Part shown: piece after piece, positions 13,541 to 25,200 of the stretch
How the letters are laid out: the number at the start of each line of letters is the position of its first letter
Position numbering within the stretch: position 1 is the first letter of the stretch
DNA from: Callorhinchus milii
Taxonomy: Eukaryota
Direction: 5' to 3'
DNA: 64,000 nucleotides
Assembly: GCF_018977255.1 (NCBI RefSeq)
Contig: NW_024704742.1
Span: forward strand, 136,650,001 to 136,714,000
Notes under the pieces: model-generated
Told to the model about the DNA's origin: nothing
Seen by the model: only the letters and a program-made list of their open reading frames with translations
Database searches by the model: none
Translations under genes and position numbers: made by a program

Positions 13541-13765
13541 GGCTACCCCAACACACACTGGTATCCCCCAAGCCTTGGCTCTTAGTCTTGCCAACCTGTG
13601 CCTAATACTCTCTGTATTTAGGTAATCAGAATGCCTCCCCCTAGGGAGAGTGTGAGCATTCCATTCCAATAAATATCTCAGAAGGCGGGATGCATGGAAC
13701 TCTGGTTTGGATACTGTTAAGCATGGTGATGGGTTTCCACGTGTGTCAGATGCCAGGCTGATGAA
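13541..13765 (-). repeat. Unclassified ~270-bp interspersed repeat (family X), partial copy in opposite orientation to 15138-15404
   Basis: Reverse complement of 15138-15404 and 60419-60707. Strand is assigned only relative to those copies. Confidence 0.8.
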
Positions 13766-15137
13766 ATACAGCAGAAACAGACAGAATCTAGGTTTAACAT
13801 CTGACAATGCAGCGCTCTCCCACTACTGTACTGAATGTCATAGAGTCTCACAGACTATGAGCACAAGTCCTGATGTGGGGTTTGGACGCACAACCTTCTG
13901 ACCCAGAGCAAAGAGTGCTGTCAGCTGAGCCAGGCTGCCATGTAAGATAAGCTGGTGATTGGTGATAGTTGCAATGGAAAGTTGCTTTGCTAATTGTAGT
14001 TACCTTTTCACCCAGAGTTTGCTGTGGTTCTTCAAGTAGTTTTTGCATTCATGACAATCCTTAACTATATGGTAGGCCTTTAACTTTAATCCTAGGCTTT
14101 TGCCTGAAGTGCTTTCTGAATTCCATTTCAATCAGTCCACTATTATGCAAAATTGCTGCTTGTAGTCTTAGCTCTGAAAAGAGATTCCTTTGTATGCTGA
14201 GCAAACTTATGCAGACTGTATTCATGTTCCTTTTATTTTCTGGGTTTAGCTACACGGGTGTGGCAATCTCTGGATGCCTCCAGAAAAATGGTGGTCCCCC
14301 TCCCCATGCTGTGCGGTACGTGGGAGCACACCTTGCTTTGGGTGGGGGAGGGGAATGTGGATTGGATCTCCCTCTCACAGCCTTGGGAGTTTCTGTCCAA
14401 CATTTCCCCAGATCAAATTGGTCATTCACTTATGACTTCAGAGCTGTTTGTGGGAGGTTGCTGTGGCACACTGGCTGCCATGTTTGGCTACAAATCCGAG
14501 GTCGCTACGCTTTACAGTAAGCGCTTTGAGATGCCCTCTAGGCATAACCGCACTATATAAAACGCAAGATTTATTATTATTAATAATAAAGTGTAAGAGA
14601 ACAAAACTGGGAACAAGGTCACCTCGGGATCAGCAGCACCTCTCAGTCTCAGCCACTGTTTTTCAGGTTGTGGACATCACACAAGTACATTTTCAGTTGC
14701 TTTTTCTGAGAGCTGATGATGATACCACACCAGACAGCCTGGCCTGTCAGCAGGACTTGGAGAGGCATATCAGTCACTGGAGACTGGCTTCTTCCTCCTC
14801 GGCTCCTGCTAACTATGCATACGGATGGTCCCAGCCAGACAAGGGGTAATAATAATAATCCTTGCATTTGATATAGGTCTTATCACGTCTTGGTAGGAAG
14901 CATAACAGACAGTGCTCGCAATGGCCACTGTGCTTTTGTTTCCTGTTAGTTAAACTCCAGCATTTCCCACAACTCACAATCTGGCATCTCCAAGCCTTGG
15001 CTCTCACCAACCCTTCACGAGATTAGGCAAAGCACTCTGGTGTGGGAGTGCTTTTTCCATTCCAGGTATTCTATGCATGTGTGATAGACTGATGTGGATA
15101 CTCTATAAAGCATGTTGATGGGTTTCCACCCCTTTTC

Positions 15138-15404
15138 TTTTGCTCAGCCGTGTGACTGACACATGACCGTTCTTAAGAGTATCGAAACCAAGCTGAGAAT
15201 TCCATACATCCCACCTACACATGGAAATCCCAGAGAGAGATTGTTGGAATGGAATGCACTCTCTCTCCCTGGAGGGACACATCCGGTTTACCTAATTCTA
15301 GAACGTATTAGGTGCAGGTTGGCAAGAGCCGAGGCTTGGGGGACACCAGTGTGCATTGGGGTAACTGCTGGGGTCTAACCATCTAAAATCGTAGCTTGCC
15401 ATTG
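15138..15404 (+). repeat. Unclassified ~270-bp interspersed repeat (family X), preceded by an inverted partial copy at ~14975-15130
   Basis: Shares cacctacacatggaaatcccagaga..gttggaatggaatg..ttggcaagagcc..ggggtaactgctgg with the other copies. Confidence 0.85.
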
Positions 15405-16481
15405 ATTGTCTGTCACTCGGCTGTGCAGAAAAAGTCGCAGATGGATGTGTCTGGAAGACATTGCCTTGAAAATAAACCTCCTGTTTGAGTTAATAATAGC
15501 AATGAAATTATGCAGAGAAACGGTACATTTACACCGCAGCAGGGTTTGTAATCCTCGAGGATAACGTGGCAAGCAGGCAGGGATCTGGTAACTGCTCCCT
15601 GGGGAACCTTAATCCCATTAATCCTTTGACACCTCTAATTAGATCCCAGGATAGGAGAAGGATTAAGAGTTGCAGTGGGAGAACTGTAAAAAACCACAAC
15701 TGTCTTTGAGCGTGATCTTATCACCAGCTGAGTGACGGCTGTGGTTGCAAGTCAAGTTCAGGTACAATCCTTCTTCAAAGGCCCCCCCCTTTTTGCTGCA
15801 GGACGTCCCATTACAAATATAATCCTTGTATTTAATACAGCGCCTTATCACATTGTTGAGACATCTCAAAACGCTTCACAGGATATACTGTGAAGTGCAG
15901 TGACTGTGTATTTTGTGGACGAAACACGGCAGCCAGTCGCGCACAGCAGTGTCCCAGAAACACTTAGTAATTGAGTGACCAAGTTATTACTATTTATTTG
16001 ATGGCAGTTGTCAGCCTGGCTCAGTTGATAGCACTCTCATCTTTGAATCAGAATGGCCACTGTGGTTTTAAGATCCAGGGAATTAGAATTTGCACAGTCT
16101 CGGCTGACACTCCAATACAGTGTTAGGGGAGCGCTGCATTGACGGAGGTGCCAACGTTTGGATGAAACATTCAACTGAGGTCCTGTCTGCCTGTTCAGGG
16201 GACTTGTTACCAGGTGGTAAGTGCTCCGAGAGGCTAACCCTAACCTTGTGGAGGGTGCTATATAAATGCAAATTATTGTTGTTATTAAACTTTAAAGACC
16301 CTGTGGCACTTCTCGAAAAGACAAGTGGATTTCTCTCAGTGTCCTGTCCACCAATCCATCAAATAAAATTGTTCATTCACTCCATGGCTGTTTGTGGGTC
16401 GGTACTGTGCACTATTTCTCTGTAATTTTACTTTACATTAAAATCTTGAGGAGCCCTTTGAAACATCTCAATGATCATGAT

Positions 16482-16805
16482 GATAATAATAATAATAATA
16501 ATCCTTGCATTTGATATAGCGCTTTTCACGTCTTCTCGACGTCTCAAAGCACTTCACAGAATAGACTGTAAAGTGAATTAACCGTATATTTGTGGGCGAA
16601 ACACGGCAGCCAATTGCGCACAGCAGTGTCCCACAAACAGCTGTAGATTGAAAATGACCAATTTATTATTGTTTTCTTTTGGAGGGATTAATATTAGACG
16701 TGTGGAGTAAGGAAACTTGCCCAAGGTTTCGCTCTGCCTGGAATTGAACCCAGGTGTCTTACTTGCAAAGCGAGTGCTCTAACCACTGAGCTACAGGACT
16801 CCACA
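16482..16805 (-). mobile_element. tRNA(Ala)-headed SINE, short variant lacking part of the central region
   Basis: Reverse complement of the 46768 / 58281 type. Confidence 0.88.
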
Positions 16806-19800
16806 AAAGGCCCTATACTAAATGCAAGGATTATTATTATATATAATCAATTGGTAGCATTTTTACCTCTGGATTGGGCATTTAAGTCTCATTAGTAAAG
16901 TTTTGGCTGACATTCCAGCACATTTCGGGGGAGGAGTAGGAGTGGGTAGAATGAGAGAGAATGGATGGAGACGGAGCTGAATTGTTGGAGATGCCATCTA
17001 TGGATGAGATATTAAACTAAGGTTCCATTTACCTGTTCCTCAGCTGGACATTAAAGATTTCCCCAACACTGATGGAAAAGAGAATGGATTTTCTCCCATT
17101 GTCCTGTCTGATAATCCTTCAGATCAATAAGCATAATAATAATCCTTACATTTGATATAACTCCTTATCACATCTTTAAGACGTCTTAAGGAGATTCACA
17201 GAATATACCGTAAAGTATAGTGACTGTGTACTTTGTGGGCGAAACGCAGTACTCAATCTCTCATCATAAGATTATGACTTTGCTGTATGTGAAATGGCTA
17301 TGAACACAAAGTCACCTCACTTGACAAGACTTACCCATGAAGCACTTTAAGACATTTGACACAATGAGGTGCTTTAGTAATGCAAGTTCATTTTCCCAGT
17401 CCTTTATCTTCCATTGTTGTAACTTTTCTTCCTTCCACCTATTCCAACCTCTCTTTACCTAAATATACACTGTGTATATTTGCCCGTGTGGTATTTTTCC
17501 GCTCCTGGCTCCCGTCAGCTCTTTTGAAAGTGGATGCAAACTTGCAAGCAAATAAATAAATGGTTGTTTGTCTAGCCGCCAGTTCCAGTCCTCAAGGAGG
17601 GTTTTTTCCCTTATCCATTCAAGCCCCGGAGGCCTGCAAATTCTCACAGTTTTAGCTTAAAGTCTTAGGTCATGCGATTTTGCAAGATTCTTAAATCCAG
17701 GCTTATTTCATATTGACTGTACAGCACAGCAACAAACCAACTGCCCAAGTAATCTGTGAGCATGTTTATGCTCCACACAAGCCTCCACCTGTGATTGCAT
17801 CATGTTCTAGGCCTCTGTTCCCTTTTCTCTCACCCCTCTGTTCCCTTTTCTCTCACCCCTCTATTCCTCTAATCCCTCCTCCCTGTTTATACATTGAGTT
17901 TGCTATTTCAATGCATCAATGCTTTTTTTGCTTGAGGAACAGTTTTGGGAATGTGGAAAGCCAGTTATCCACAAATCGGAAAAGGAAATTCCAAAATTGC
18001 ACAATCTACAAATTCTGGCCCATGTAGATCAACCCTCTGAAACCTAGTGGAAATGGCCTTGTCAGTCTCTGTGTAGAATCAGACAAGGTGGTCGCTGGAA
18101 TAGGTTCTTTGGCTAAGCCAAGTGAGTGCCTATGTATGGTGGGCTGGGGGTTGGGGAAGGTGGTAGGGGAGACACTCACCTCTGAGAGCAAATGCCCTGG
18201 GCTGGGAGAGTGCAGGAATGGCATCCTGAGGGGCAGTAAGAACTGTTTTAATTCAGCCGTGCTCAGCTGGTAGAACTTTTGTTGCTGAGCCGGAAGGTTG
18301 TGTTCAACTTGTGTAGCCCATGCAGTGCTGGGAGAAGGCTACATTCTTGGAATTGCTATCTTTCGAATGAAATGATAAATCGGGATATCTATTCAGGTGA
18401 ATGCTAAAGATTACACGCATTACTCAAAGAGAAGACAGTTTCCCCTCACAGCTCTTTGTGGGGTCTTGCTGTGTGAAAAACTGATGCTGCTTTTGAGTCC
18501 AAGAACAGTCCCTACACTGGACCATAATTACTGCAAAACTCGTTGAGAAAAAAAATCGGTGAATTAATCCATGACTGTTTATGCGCAATTAGCTCCCACA
18601 TTTCGCCCACAAAAAAACACTTTACAGTATATTCCGTGAAGCGCTTTGAGACGTCTCAACGACGTGATAAGGCGCTATATCAAATGTAAGGATTATCATG
18701 TTTCAATGCGATCAGGCACTAAAAATGTAACTTCTCTCTTTCTTGACGTGTAGGGAAATGGAAATAATATGATTGAAATGATTCAGGACATTAGGAACAG
18801 AGCTGGGCAAATAATGAACTGAATCCTAGGGATGCACGCAAGCCTTCACCACAGGCTCAACCTTACACTGTTTTGTAATGAGATTTTATTATTAATAATA
18901 ATCCTTATATTTGACACAGCATCTTTCACATCAGGAGGTCATCACAAAGTGCTTCACAGGATTTTAGGTGACCACAGCAGTCAATTTGCCTGCAGCAATG
19001 ACCCACAAAGAACCATGAAGTGAACGACCAGCTTTATCTCGGGGAATTATTGGCCAGGACACTGAGAGAGAACCTCCCATCTCTTTTCGAATAGTGCCTC
19101 CTTTAACGTTCCGCCCACAAAATACACAGTCACGCATAAAATACACTCTGCAAAAGATTCTGTGAAGCGCTTTGAGACGTCTCAATGACGTGGTAAGGTG
19201 CTACATCAAATGCAAGGATTATTATTGTGACTATTATAATAAATAGGCAGATAGTACTTCAATTCAACATCTCGTCTGAAGGACGGCAACTCTGACAGTC
19301 GGGGTATCACTATCTGTCTAGAGTGTGAATTAAAAGTCCCGATGTGCGGGCTTGAACCCACAACCTCCTGACTCAGAGGTGAGAGAGCTACCGACCGAGC
19401 CGGGCTGGGCTGTCAGCTTTAGAGTAAACACAGTTGACCGAGGGAGAAAAGCACAGACGGTCCCAAACGTATTGTAGCAGTGAATGTAGAGACTCCAGCA
19501 GCACAGCCCAACTGTGTAATCAGCTGTCACCTCGGCAGTGCTTCCACGTCTCCTATTCACACTGCAACAGCAGCAGAATGCTTTAATGCCCGAATCAACC
19601 CCTCCCCTTGAAAAATAAGCTTGTGTCTACAAGCGTGTATAGAGTGGTTGACAGGCTAAGTAAGTTAGCTGTGTCTTGTGACTGACCCCTATATATTGCT
19701 GGCACCAGGGAGGCTAGACCTCAGCTCCAGAGTCTCTGCCTTGGCATTGCTGCTTCCTGCATGACTGGACTAATTCCCAAAGCCCTTTTGGCTCTCCTTT

Positions 19801-19820
19801 TCAGTGCTTGGCTAGCCCTT

Positions 19821-19852
<32 letters not shown>

Positions 19853-21896
19853 CCGCTCTCGCTCACTCTCCCTCTTTCCGTCAGCCTTGGCAAGCCTGCT
19901 ATCTGCAGACCAGGCAGGGCTTTAATCCTCTCTGCAGACACGCTGTCAGCCAGTTCTGTTTATCTTGAGCAGCAAATATGTGAAAGAATTTGAGGTTTAT
20001 CTGAAGTGCTTTGTCCGAGCACCAGGGCTATGGTGCCACAGTGTCACTATGTGCGGTTCTGCTGGTTACAGAGCCCAGCCATAGGTTTAAGCATTAGAAA
20101 AACAGTGTCGAGAGAGCACGAGGGGCTGTCATCTCTCTCCTGATCTCTTCCATCTAACACTTGGGAGGTTAGCAGCCATCCAGAGTTGGACTGTTATTTA
20201 TTGAACAAAACATTTGATTATAGACCAGTGCTCTAGAAAACGATGCACTTTTATACAATTTGCTTATTCCATGCAATTGCTGCTGCACTGAGTGTTATTT
20301 GAGGAATCGGATAGCAAGTTTCCTCTCTCTCGCCAAGTTTCTGCCCTTTGCTTCCTCTCTGGAAAGTGTTTTGATTCCTTTGCTTTTTCTCTCTGGATGC
20401 TACACAGTATTTGTCTCCACCCCACATCCCCCCTTCCCCCACCATAGCAGGATATCATTCCTGTGTTACCCTCGACAGTCAGTGTCAGTGTTGTTTGAGG
20501 GAGGGGCCCGGTCTTCACAGCTTTGGAACTTTCTCAATCCCATCTCCTTCCCCTCTTTTAGATCACGACTGAAGACCTTCTTCTTCGACTGAGCTTACAA
20601 TCACTCCTTCCCACCCCTTGGCATCAGGCTCCACCACTGTTAAGCGCTCTGAGATGCTGCCCCACATGAAGGATGCTATATAAATGCAGGTTGTCGTTGT
20701 TGAGCTCTTTACCACCCCCTTCCCTGACCTCACCTACATTCAAGTGTTCTTGCTCTCTTTCCCACTCTCCACTACACAAGGAAGGTCAGAGGATGTTGAT
20801 CAGAAACCCAAAATGTTACCTAGAGACTGTAGTACCTTAAAACATAAAATTGTGGCAGGATAGAATTGTGGAGAATTCAATCTTAATCATGTCAAGACGT
20901 CTCCACGTGCTTCACAGAGTTTCCTGCAGAGTGTAGTTACTGTGTATACGTTGATAAGCGTGTCACTCAATTTATGCCCAGCAATAAGTAGCCATGAATT
21001 GAATGATCAATATTATAGTAATATAATAATAATCGTTGCATTTGATATAGTGCCTTATCACATCGTTGAGATGCCTTAAAGTGCTTCACAGAATATATCA
21101 TAAAATGGATTGACTGTGTAGTCTGTGGGTGAAACCGGGCAGCCAAGTGCGCACAGCAGCGTCCCACAAACAGTCGTGGATTTATCTGAAGGATTGATGG
21201 ACAGGACCCGGGGGAAACTCCTTTAAAATAATGCCATGGGATATTTAACATCGACCTGACACAACCTGATGCAACCTCATTTGTATCATCTTATCTGAAG
21301 GCCGCCACCTCTGCTAATTTAGCACTTCCCCCAACACTGGAGTGTCAGCCTAGACAATGTGAGTTCAAAGTCCTGATGTATGTCTGGAGTCCGCAACCTT
21401 CTGACTCAGAGCTGAAACGTCACCAGACTGACACCTTGCTAGGACTGAAACAGTGCTCGAAGCAGCAAGTTAAAAATGAAATGCAGCCTCACTATTCTGA
21501 GAGCGTCAGCTTGTTTGTGATGTATTCAACCCTGTGGAAATGACCACAGAATCTGTGTCTGTGGTTATTCTATCTTATTGTCTTCCTGAGACTGGGGTTG
21601 AGCTGATGTATTTGTGCTGGGTACAGTTCACCTGGTATCGACGCTTGTGCAAGTCTCCTTGTCCAAGTGCAGCAATAATACTTGGGCTATAACAGCAACA
21701 ATTTGCACTTATATAGGGCAGGGTCTCAGATCACTTAACAGTGGCTGAACATGATACCGAGCCGGAGGGATTGGGGGAGTGTTCCAAAGCTTTGGGACAT
21801 AGCAGCTAAAAGCAGGGCTGGGCGGGAGATCCAAGATTTGAACTGCCCAAACCTCCAACACCCATTTCCACCAGCCCTCCATCCCTCCCCTTCCAT

Positions 21897-22225
21897 TTAA
21901 TAATAATAATCCATAGGATTTAGTGCTTTATCACTTGAAGACGTCTCAAAGCGCTTCACAGAATATACAGCAAAGTCAATTCCCTGTACATTATGTGGGC
22001 GGAACTTGGCAGCCAATTGCGCTTAGCATTCCCACAAACAGTCTTGGATTGAGTGACCAGATTTTTATTGAAGGTATTATTACACCCGGAAAGCGATCCG
22101 CCAATCGACGACGGGGTTGCTACTGACTGCTAGGTAAACAGGCGTGTGGAGTAAGGAAACTTGCCTAAAGCTTCACACTGCCCAGGAATCAAACCACTTG
22201 CGAGGAGTCTGCTCTAACCACTACT
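21897..22225 (-). mobile_element. tRNA(Ala)-headed SINE
   Basis: Tail, central and partial head modules on the minus strand. Confidence 0.8.
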
Positions 22226-25200
22226 CTGCAAGTGTCATTTCCCGTCCACCAGCACAAGGATTATTCAATGTTGATTACGAGTGAAGATCCAGACTCTTTC
22301 GCTCTTTATCCTACCTCCCCCGCCATTGGGGTCAATTTTACAGCCCCTAATGGTGCCCCTGGCTGACATCAGCCAACTCAGCACGGGCTCTGGGATTTGA
22401 ACCTGTAACTTTCTGTCTGACTGAGCACAGACTGGGGGCCTGTAACCACCGGCCCTTGGGGAGGGCAAGCCTACAGCCTCGCCAGCCAACTCTAGCTCTG
22501 CAAGATATTGTATTGTCAATCTTCTGCATGTGACGTTTCCCCTTCTTCACTCCTTTAAAGTTCATTTTAAAGAGACAAGCCGGGCATCTAACAAGAGCCT
22601 AGTTACTAATTTTTTTTAATGTGCAGTGATAAAGTACAAAAGGGGGTTTTAATCAAAGAGTGTAGGTAGCAGGAGCGAATTGGAATATTCTTCCTTTGGG
22701 GAATTGACTGCATTTAATGTAGGTGAAACTCGGCAGCCAATTAAGTACAGCGGTGTCCCACAAACAGTCGTGCATTCAAGAGATTATATTTATATATGAT
22801 ATAGAAATATATTACCAAAATGAGGATGGTCACATATTAAATGAAGAATCTCTAGTCTCAGTAAGGGCTGTAAACCAATAAACCTGCAGATGGATAAACT
22901 GTGCTCCAGGGTAGTTAGACGAGTGAGGAGATTTGTGAATGCAGCGATCTGGAATTTATACAGGGCCTTTCTCTCTTGTAAAAGAAAAGTTTTGAACACA
23001 CTTCACAATGAGAGTTTGCACCTGGATGGTGCAGTTCAAGATGGACAGTGATAGTGCAGAGGACAACCTGACCTCCTTCATTTTGAGCTCCAGCAGCCCT
23101 ATCACACAGACATGAAACACAGGAACAGGAGAATGTCTATTGAATGTAGCTTGTCTAATCACAGGAATCCTGTAGCATATCGGTTAGAGCACTCGCCTCG
23201 CTCAGGAACTCACGTTGGCTCGATTCTGATATTCAGCGCCTTGGGACATCCTCCCAATGTGAAAGACGCTGTATTGTGTATTGTATTCTGTTGTCAAACA
23301 TGTCACATCTCCCATTATGCCTTGGGTGTAGATGTCCCCTGATCATCAGAGAAGGTTGTGTTCTCCAGTTCTACATCAAGACTTGAACTCACAGTCGAGG
23401 CTGACATTACAGTACAGTATTGGGGATATGTTGCATTGTTGGAAGAGCCGTCCTTTGGATGGAATGTTAAACCCCTATTCCTGTTTTTCAGTTAGGGGTA
23501 AATATCTCTTGGAAAAGAGAAAAGGGAGTTTCTCCTTGTGTCAGGGCCAAAAATTCTACAGGTCAAATTTATGTCTATTTAATATGAGGCCTGGAACCCT
23601 TCTGGCCCAGAAGCTAGTAAATGAGCCAAACTGACATGGAAATGTTTGTCAAATGGTTAAAAGAGGATTTATAATTTTCTGAATTTAATTCCTCAATTTC
23701 AACAACTAGAAATGGGCTAAAATGTGGGAATGGGGAACTCCATTACCTCAGCAGTGAAGTTCTTCCTGGTTTGTGGCAGTCGTAACAGGATTACTAAGAA
23801 ATGTGTGAATCAAGTCCTGAATTAAAGCCCCTTCGACCGTACCTACGGCCACCTCCCCCCGGTTCGGTGTCGTGCTCTGCCTGGAACACTACCCCGCGTA
23901 TAAATGGGTGCTGTATAAATGCGAGTTGTCATTGCTCCCTGAAGAAGATCGATGCTACTTATACAATTTCCTGTCCTGTTTGTGTAGCAGCCTGGGAAGC
24001 AGCGTGATCACACATAACCAGCACAGAGATGCCTCCTGTTCCTTGAGCTTGAGCTTGAGTTTACTTGGAGCTAATGAGCAGCAGGGGCGACTAGGAGCCC
24101 AGGCTGGGTGAAGACACTTCTCTCAGTGTCTCGCCTCGGAAAATTGGCAAAGATAGTCTTCCCGTCAGGATACCAAACACCTCCTGGGGAGTTTCAAATA
24201 AAATACATAGAGATTTTTTTTAATTTAAGAAAAATTATATACAGAGCTGTTATTTTTTTTGCATGAATACTGAAGGATAAGACTACTGTGGGGCCTTATT
24301 CTGGAACATTTCTTACACATGCAAAACACTCAAACCTTATTTCAAGAGCGTGGGAATGTTAAAGAAGCATTCTGTTGATTTGAAACACTGAATGTCCAGC
24401 GCCTTGGGACGTCCTCCTGACGTGAAAGGCGCTGTATAATGTAATTTTGTTGCTGTTGTTGTTGGTATACTCTTGAAATGTACATTCACAGTTTAATGTC
24501 TTCTGATGCCGGATGACATTTCTAGTTAGATAGTGAATGACTCTTCCCTCTGGTAGCGGGATTCTAATCTCTGGAGCTCCAGCCACTGCCTTCAGGAATC
24601 GGGGAGGAATTTTCCAGTGACTTTTATCCCCTGGCAGTTAATCTGGTGACTTTTTTTAAGCACCATTTTCCCCTCTTTGCTTTCTGAGTGTCAGGGGTCA
24701 GTTGGTATCACTTTTGCCTGAGTCAGAAGGTTGTGGGTTCAAGCCCCATATTGGGATATTTAACTATGTCTAAGCTGGTAATCCAATGCAGTGCTGGGAT
24801 ATGCTTCGTTGTTAGAAGTGTCGTCCTTAAATTGAGCGGGGGTGGGTAGGAGGAAAGGTGACTGAAAGTATAGTCAAACATATAGGTGAGAGAAAACGTG
24901 CTGGATGACCCAACTCTTCAAGTTAATACAGTTTGGTTCAGTTAAACCTTGGTCCCGTCTGCAGGTGGACATTAATCACCGAACAAGAGACCAGGGTAGG
25001 AGGAAAGGTGACCAAAACCATAATAATAATAATCGTTGCATTTGATATAGTCCCTCCTTATCACGTTATTGAGACCTCTCAAAGCGTTTCACAGAATATA
25101 CTGTAAAGTGTAGTGACTGTATTTTGTGGTCGTAGGTTTGAGAATGGGTAGAGAGGATCTATTGGTTGGATGTAAGCAGAAACAATTTTTTCAAGTTAAT

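Noticed and set aside
13750..13800. ctgatga..gaaac resembling a hammerhead ribozyme core
   Set aside because: No stem II or stem I/III pairing; it is the mutated end of a family X copy.
14667..14845. Possible extra exon (tttttcAG..GTaata) with open frame VVDITQ..ADDDTT..QQDLERHISHW
   Set aside because: The phase required by DYM hits a stop. The donor is formed by a SINE tail, and the peptide looks more like a decayed LINE RT remnant.
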